64,000 bases of DNA, from assembly GCA_934438075.1 (NCBI GenBank), contig CAKSBF010000006.1:46010-110009 (forward strand). The letters run 5' to 3'. Shown here piece after piece: positions 59,030-64,000 of this stretch. The notes under the pieces are model-generated. The model did no database searches, had not been told where the DNA came from, and worked only from the letters and a program-made list of their open reading frames with translations. Source of the stretch: an uncultured Clostridia bacterium. Its GTDB lineage: Bacteria; Bacillota; Clostridia; UBA1381; UBA9506. Positions within the stretch are counted from its first letter, which is position 1. The number at the start of each line of letters is the position of its first letter. The translations under genes were made by a program, and so were the position numbers.

Positions 59030-60025
59030 ATGGCTACCAGAAACGATGTTGCCCGTCTGGCAGGCGTTTCCACAGCCACAGTGTCACGGGTTGTAAATGG
59101 GAGAGACAGTGTAACGGAAGAAACGCGCGATGCCGTACTAAAGGCAATCCGGGAATTAAACTATGTTCCCAATGTAATCGCACGCAGTCTCCGTACACGC
59201 TTGTCATATACACTGGCATTTGTTGTAAATGATGTAACAAATCCCTTTTTCTCAGAGCTGTACCGCGGCATTTGTGACGAAGCAAACGAGCATGGTTATG
59301 CAGCTTTCATCTATCAGTATGAAGATGACGTCAAACATATGTCTCGTTTATTGGAACGCAACGTAGATGGCATTATTACTTTTCTTCGGTTTTCAGAAGA
59401 AATCTTAGAACTGATTGCTCACAGCCGGACGCCGGTTTTTTACATTGGTAAAGAGAGAGAAGAAACAGGAGAGGCAGGCGCCTTGCGTTTTGATTTTGCA
59501 GAAGCCGGCTACGATATGATGCATTACCTGCACCGCAAAGGGCACCGTAATATTGGCCTTATTGCACGCAGCACCAGAAAATATCAGGATATTCACGCCG
59601 GATATGTGCGGGCCTGCGGCGAATTGGGACTAACTTATGACGAACGGCGAATTGCATGGTTTGATAGCAATAAATTTATTATTGAAGCAGGCAGCAACGC
59701 CATGAATGACCTGCTCGGCCGCAATCTTGGGTTAACGGCGGTTGTCTGCAACAGCGATTGGATTGCTGTTGGCGCACTCAGTGCCGCACAGGCAGCAGGT
59801 TTACAAGTACCGGAGGATATTTCCGTTGTTGGGTTTGATGATCTGCTGATCTCCTCCTACACAACCCCTCCCTTGACTACCGTAAAAACAGAAGGATATG
59901 AAGAGGGTCGTCTCGGCTGCCGTATGCTCATCAGTCATCTCCAGGGAAAAAGTCTGCCAGTCCAGGACTTAAAGGGTGTTTTAGTGGAACGCAGTTCTGT
60001 AAAAGATATCAATCACCTATTATAA
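59030..60025 (+). CDS. LacI-family transcriptional regulator
   Basis: 331 aa with the N-terminal HTH ATRNDVARLAGVSTATVSRVVNG and a periplasmic-binding-protein-like core. Confidence 0.9.
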   Translation: MATRNDVARLAGVSTATVSRVVNGRDSVTEETRDAVLKAIRELNYVPNVIARSLRTRLSYTLAFVVNDVTNPFFSELYRGICDEANEHGYAAFIYQYEDDVKHMSRLLERNVDGIITFLRFSEEILELIAHSRTPVFYIGKEREETGEAGALRFDFAEAGYDMMHYLHRKGHRNIGLIARSTRKYQDIHAGYVRACGELGLTYDERRIAWFDSNKFIIEAGSNAMNDLLGRNLGLTAVVCNSDWIAVGALSAAQAAGLQVPEDISVVGFDDLLISSYTTPPLTTVKTEGYEEGRLGCRMLISHLQGKSLPVQDLKGVLVERSSVKDINHLL

Positions 60026-60071
60026 AACTAACCTGTGCCCCGGCAACAGGCAATTAAAAGGAGACTCAAAC

Positions 60072-60659
60072 ATGAATTATCTCCCGGTAAATCTGAAGCA
60101 TTACAGAAAGCGCAGCGGCCGCACGCAAGCGGAGCTTGCCAAATATATTAATAAACGCAAAAGCACAATATGCAATTATGAGAATGGTTATACCGAACCA
60201 TCTTACGAACTGTTACAGCAAATTGCCGAATTTCTCCATGTTTCAGTTTCTGATTTGCTTAAAAAACCCGCGCCAAGTGTAAGGGAAACAGAAATCAGTC
60301 AGAATATTATCCCTATATTGTCCTGCACTACAGGAAAGCCAACGAAAGAATTTCTTACTTTACCATCTTCCTATCTTAAAGGTGACAATTTTGTTGCTTT
60401 TTATATGCCAAACGACACGCTGCAAAACATGAACCTGCATCGAGGCGATTTAATAATCTGCAAACAACACGGAACATTGCGCAACGGTGACCTTGTAGCA
60501 TTTTTTGAAAAGCCGGATGGCATTTCGATTCGATATTATTATAATGAAAATGATTGCATCAGCCTAACTGCTTTGGGTAAATCAGCGCCGATTCAAAAGA
60601 AAAAAAATGAAATTAACATCTTGGGCAAGGTAATAAAAGCGGCGGTCAGCTTCAGCTGA
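60072..60659 (+). CDS. XRE-family HTH protein with a degenerate S24 (LexA/CI-like) C-terminal domain
   Basis: HTH LKHYRKRSGRTQAELAKYINKRKSTICNYENG. The C-terminal fold aligns to LexA by eye around RGDLIICKQ...RNGDLVAFF. Confidence 0.75.
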   Translation: MNYLPVNLKHYRKRSGRTQAELAKYINKRKSTICNYENGYTEPSYELLQQIAEFLHVSVSDLLKKPAPSVRETEISQNIIPILSCTTGKPTKEFLTLPSSYLKGDNFVAFYMPNDTLQNMNLHRGDLIICKQHGTLRNGDLVAFFEKPDGISIRYYYNENDCISLTALGKSAPIQKKKNEINILGKVIKAAVSFS

Positions 60660-60707
60660 CCGCCGCTTTTCATAAAATCTATCTACCGCTCAATACTTTA
60701 TCATTCA

Positions 60708-62489
60708 TTAAAATTTCTTTTTGCCATAAACCGGACCGAGAGCTGAGCATGCACGATAATCGGCGCCCTCTGTGTCCTTCGTGCCAAATGCGCTCCACGT
60801 ACTCGGACGGAAAAGTTTAGTATCGCATACATTATGCATTGCCACAGGGATTCGAAGCATGGATGCCAATGTAATTAAATCAGCGCCAATGTGACCATAA
60901 GACAGCGCACAGTGGTTAGCTCCCCAGTTTGCCATTACACTGTAGGTATCACGAAATGCATCTGTCCCTGTCAAGCGCGGCACAAACCATGTTGTCGGCC
61001 ATGTACGGTCCGTTCTGTCATCAATCACTCTCCAAACCTCTTCCGGCATATCAATGCTGTAACCCTCAGCAATCTGAAGCATTGGTCCGAGGCCCTCAAC
61101 AATATTGACTCTGCACATGGTCATCGGCATTCCGCCTTTAGAATAGAAATTGGAACTGAAACCACCCCCGCGGAAATATCCGTAATTGGCTGCACTCCAA
61201 ACCGTTGCGTCAAGACAATCTTTTACTTCTTTGTCTGTTATCTTCCAGAAAGGCTTAATAACCGGCTTGCCATCTTCAGTCTGACATCCTGTACCATCGA
61301 GTGCTGCAGCACCGGAATTTACCAAGTGAATAAATCCATCCTTTGCACTCTCAGGCAGCTTTCCGGTAACACGCTGAATTGCCTCCGGACTCCAGTATGT
61401 ACGTACATCACAGAACACCTGCGCCGTATTGGTCAGCAAATAACCAAACAGCATAGCCACGCCGTTTAAGCTGTCATTTTCAGTTGCCAGCACACGCGGT
61501 GCGCGCTTGCCGTTCCAGTCAAACGAAGAGTTTGAAATTGCCTCGGTAAAGTCTCCGTTTGGCATAAAGTCTGTCCAGTTTCTCTGACCTTGAAAGCCGC
61601 TCAAAATTGCGTTATGTCCATTACTTTCTTCTACATAACCCATTTCCGCAAGTTTTTCATTTCCCTCAATTAAATCGCGGGAAATGATTGTCATTTTAAC
61701 AATGGTCTCCCACTCTTTGTCTTTCTCTTCTTTGGAACGTTTCCATTCTTCAATGTTAGTGTCAATGCCTTCCTTGCAGTTTTCTTTTGTCCAAGCCAAA
61801 GCTTTTTCAAATTCATCATGATCGTAAATGCCAAGGTTTAAGCGTCGAATAATTTCGCTCATATCCACATACTCTGTGCGCATGCCGAGATATTTCTGGA
61901 AAAAGTCACTATTTACCACAGAACCGCCAATTCCCATCGCTACGTTACCCATTGAAAGATAGGATTTATCCTTCATTTCTCCGACCGCAATTGCAGCACG
62001 TGCAAACCGCAAAATCTTTTCACTGACATCTGCCGGTATTGTCTTATCGTCCGCATCCTGTACATCGTGGCCATATATTCCAAATGCCGGTAACCCTTTC
62101 TGACTATGTGCTGCCAGGACGGCCGCTAAATATACAGCGCCCGGACGTTCTGTTCCGTTAAAACCCCAAACTGCCTTTTGGGTCAACGGATCCATATCCA
62201 TCGTTTCCGTTCCATAGCACCAACAAGGCGTAACAGTCAAAGTTGCGCAAACGTTCTCGTGGTCAAATTTTTCTTTACAACGTGCCGACTCCGCAACACC
62301 GCCAATAGTAGTGTCAGCAATAACACACTCTACCGGTGTACCGTCCATATAGCACAGATTTGCGCTAATCAAAGTTGCAGCACTAGTCGCCATTTGCATG
62401 GTCTGCTCTTCCAAACTTTCTCTGATTCCCTTGCGGCGTCCGTCAATGGCCGGACGGATTCCGATTTTTGGTTTAACAAATTTTAACAT
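60708..62489 (-). CDS. fucI: L-fucose isomerase
   Basis: About 593 aa and near-collinear with E. coli FucI as I recall it ([24 protein letters not shown]..., [22 protein letters not shown]). Start set to the ATG at 62489 (GGAGG 7 nt upstream). Confidence 0.9.
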   Translation of the reverse strand: MLKFVKPKIGIRPAIDGRRKGIRESLEEQTMQMATSAATLISANLCYMDGTPVECVIADTTIGGVAESARCKEKFDHENVCATLTVTPCWCYGTETMDMDPLTQKAVWGFNGTERPGAVYLAAVLAAHSQKGLPAFGIYGHDVQDADDKTIPADVSEKILRFARAAIAVGEMKDKSYLSMGNVAMGIGGSVVNSDFFQKYLGMRTEYVDMSEIIRRLNLGIYDHDEFEKALAWTKENCKEGIDTNIEEWKRSKEEKDKEWETIVKMTIISRDLIEGNEKLAEMGYVEESNGHNAILSGFQGQRNWTDFMPNGDFTEAISNSSFDWNGKRAPRVLATENDSLNGVAMLFGYLLTNTAQVFCDVRTYWSPEAIQRVTGKLPESAKDGFIHLVNSGAAALDGTGCQTEDGKPVIKPFWKITDKEVKDCLDATVWSAANYGYFRGGGFSSNFYSKGGMPMTMCRVNIVEGLGPMLQIAEGYSIDMPEEVWRVIDDRTDRTWPTTWFVPRLTGTDAFRDTYSVMANWGANHCALSYGHIGADLITLASMLRIPVAMHNVCDTKLFRPSTWSAFGTKDTEGADYRACSALGPVYGKKKF

Positions 62490-62506
62490 AATCATACCTC
62501 CGTTTA

Positions 62507-62520
62507 TGCAAACGATTGCA
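62507..62520. promoter_or_regulatory. LacI-type operator half-palindrome TGCAAACGATTGCA just upstream of the fucI RBS
   Basis: The same 14-mer, as its reverse complement, recurs at 63596-63609 upstream of the adjacent LacI gene. Confidence 0.6.
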
Positions 62521-62585
62521 TAATAAATTAAAAATTAAAGCGGCATACAATCTGAAAAACAAATTAAGCCGCATAATTTCCCGTT

Positions 62586-63581
62586 TTACTGCTGTTTTCG
62601 ATGAATCCACTCCACATCGAAACGGCTCACTAAAGGAAAGGAATCACAATCACCGGACATGCGTCGATATAAAAGCCTTGCAGCTTCGCTCCCAATGGCT
62701 ACCATCGGCTGTGCCGCAACCACGTCTGTAAAGCGAAACAGCGGTGATGCTTCCATGTCATCAAAACCTACCACAGTAATTATATTTTCCCGGCCTTTCT
62801 GATATTCCTGCAAATATCGTTCTGCACCAACCTGCATAAAATAGTTGGAAATAAAAAAGTTCTCCGGCGGACATTCCATTTCGCAAAAATCCTTCATAAT
62901 ATCATATCCGCTTTGTAAATAAAAATCACCAAAACGGATTAAATTCGGATCAACCGCAATATTATTTTCTTTTAATGCCTTTAAATAACCGGAAAACCGT
63001 TCTTTTGCCGATGTAATAAGTTCATTACCGCCAACAAAGGCAATGCGGCGTTTTCCTCTGCGAATCAAATCCTCTGTCAGGGAAAAACTTGCAGCCTCGT
63101 TGTTAACCAATACCGCATCCGTTTTCACACCATCAACTAAACGATCGGCAAGAACAACAGGGCATACATTTTCGCATAATTCGCGAATATGCTCGCCCTC
63201 ATTGGAGCACGGAATCATAATAATGCCATCTACGCATTTTTCCAGTAACACTCGCAAACTTTTTTGTTCATCCTCTACGTTTTCGTTGGAATTACAAATA
63301 ATCATACTATAACCGTTTCTCTTCAGTTCCTGCTCTACACCTTTTGCTATTTTCATAAAAAACTCATTGGTGATTTCAGGGCAAATAAATCCAACGGTAA
63401 ACGTCTTGTTCATTTTCAAACTTCGGGCCACAGTATTCACCCGGTAGCCCATTTTCCGAGCCGCGCGGCGCACCAATTTTTGCGTTTTAGCACTGATTGA
63501 GCCATCTCCGCTTAAAACTCTCGACACAGTCGAAACAGATACGCCCGTTTCTTTTGCAATATCTTTTAAAGTAACAGACAT
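62586..63581 (-). CDS. LacI-family transcriptional regulator (probable fucI regulator)
   Basis: HTH VTLKDIAKETGVSVSTVSRVLSG. Start set to the ATG at 63581 (GGAGG RBS), because the track start at 63641 lies inside the predicted -35 box. Confidence 0.85.
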   Translation of the reverse strand: MSVTLKDIAKETGVSVSTVSRVLSGDGSISAKTQKLVRRAARKMGYRVNTVARSLKMNKTFTVGFICPEITNEFFMKIAKGVEQELKRNGYSMIICNSNENVEDEQKSLRVLLEKCVDGIIMIPCSNEGEHIRELCENVCPVVLADRLVDGVKTDAVLVNNEAASFSLTEDLIRRGKRRIAFVGGNELITSAKERFSGYLKALKENNIAVDPNLIRFGDFYLQSGYDIMKDFCEMECPPENFFISNYFMQVGAERYLQEYQKGRENIITVVGFDDMEASPLFRFTDVVAAQPMVAIGSEAARLLYRRMSGDCDSFPLVSRFDVEWIHRKQQ

Positions 63582-63595
63582 ACCTTTGCCTCCTG

Positions 63596-63609
63596 TGCAA
63601 TCGTTTGCA
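63596..63609. promoter_or_regulatory. Second copy of the 14-bp operator (TGCAATCGTTTGCA), between the -10 box and the RBS of the LacI gene
   Basis: Exact reverse complement of 62507-62520. Its position fits autoregulation. Confidence 0.6.
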
Positions 63610-63612
63610 TTC

Positions 63613-63641
63613 ATTTTATCACAAAAAAAATATATTGTCAA
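63613..63641 (-). promoter_or_regulatory. Sigma-70 promoter of the LacI gene
   Basis: Minus strand reads TTGACA, a 17-nt spacer ending in TGA (extended -10 TG), then TAAAAT. Confidence 0.65.
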
Positions 63642-63671
63642 TTTCTTTTAATGGATTTTAAAATATTTCTT

Positions 63672-64000
63672 TTAAACCTCTAAAAAGTATGTATCCGGTC
63701 TCTCGGGATCAAAGCATTCGTTGCACCACATAATAGTTACCATATCACTTTCTCCCAAATTTTCAATGTTGTGCGTATATCCGGTCGGGATGTCCACAAT
63801 TTCTATTTTATCGCCGGAGACAAAATATTCTATCACATCGCTGCTGTCCGGCTTACGGAAGCGAATTACGCCTTTCCCGCTTACCACTACAAACTTCTCG
63901 TTTTTACTGTGATGCCAATGGTTACCCTTGGTAATGCCCGGTTTTGAAATATTTACACTCACCTGTCCGCGCTCTGCTGTCTTAAACAATACCGTAAATG
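63672..64000 (-). CDS. Cupin-fold protein (WbuC / sugar-epimerase-associated cupin-like); N-terminus may lie beyond the right edge
   Basis: Contains GNHWHHSKNEKFVVVSGKG...IPTGYTHNIEN, a cupin metal motif. The reading frame stays open up to position 64000, so the track start (TTG at 63989) is unreliable. Confidence 0.6.
   Translation of the reverse strand, partial: FTVLFKTAERGQVSVNISKPGITKGNHWHHSKNEKFVVVSGKGVIRFRKPDSSDVIEYFVSGDKIEIVDIPTGYTHNIENLGESDMVTIMWCNECFDPERPDTYFLEV

Noticed and set aside
63582-63641. Upstream ATG (MTIYFFCDKMNANDCTGGKG...) as the start of the LacI regulator
   Set aside because: That ATG lies within the predicted -35 box of the gene's own promoter, and the extension covers the operator. 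The ATG at 63581 has a GGAGG RBS and begins the canonical HTH.

Overview
This 64-kb window looks like chromosome from a strictly anaerobic Firmicute (class Clostridia). Supporting signs are the ylxM-ffh-rpsP-KH cluster, an IspH-S1 fusion, SLH-domain surface proteins and many ferredoxin-linked enzymes. About 50 of 55 genes are on the minus strand. No transposase, integrase, CRISPR array, rRNA or recognisable defence gene is present. Layout from left to right: (1) 1-13.8 kb, housekeeping genes plus a GH2 beta-galactosidase/AraC pair. (2) 14.1-33.8 kb, a roughly 20-kb polysaccharide-utilisation locus that looks more AT-rich by eye. It holds an LplABC-type ABC importer, a membrane-spanning AraC regulator, a GH105 hydrolase, a 1507-aa secreted multidomain protein, an 881-aa SLH protein, a 686-aa lectin-like protein, a large glycosidase and an esterase. 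(3) 34.4-34.9 kb, tRNA-Val followed by a roughly 350-nt ORF-free, hairpin-dense segment. (4) 35.0-48.9 kb, pckA followed by a tightly packed 12-gene operon: mdh-fumC-hdrBCA-flxDCBA, a soluble FrdBA-like pair, a small membrane protein and a [2Fe-2S] ferredoxin. I consider this operon the most interesting system here, as a candidate quinone-independent, electron-bifurcating NADH:fumarate oxidoreductase. (5) 49-64 kb, tRNA-Arg, an NSS transporter, a radical SAM enzyme, an orphan oadB with an untracked 39-aa ORF, ispH-S1/plsC/cmk, a PBP5-type carboxypeptidase, two LacI regulators, fucI with a shared operator, and a cupin gene truncated by the right edge. All family calls come from motifs read in the supplied translations and from memory of those families. 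No database search was possible, and start codons were refined by eye from RBS spacing.
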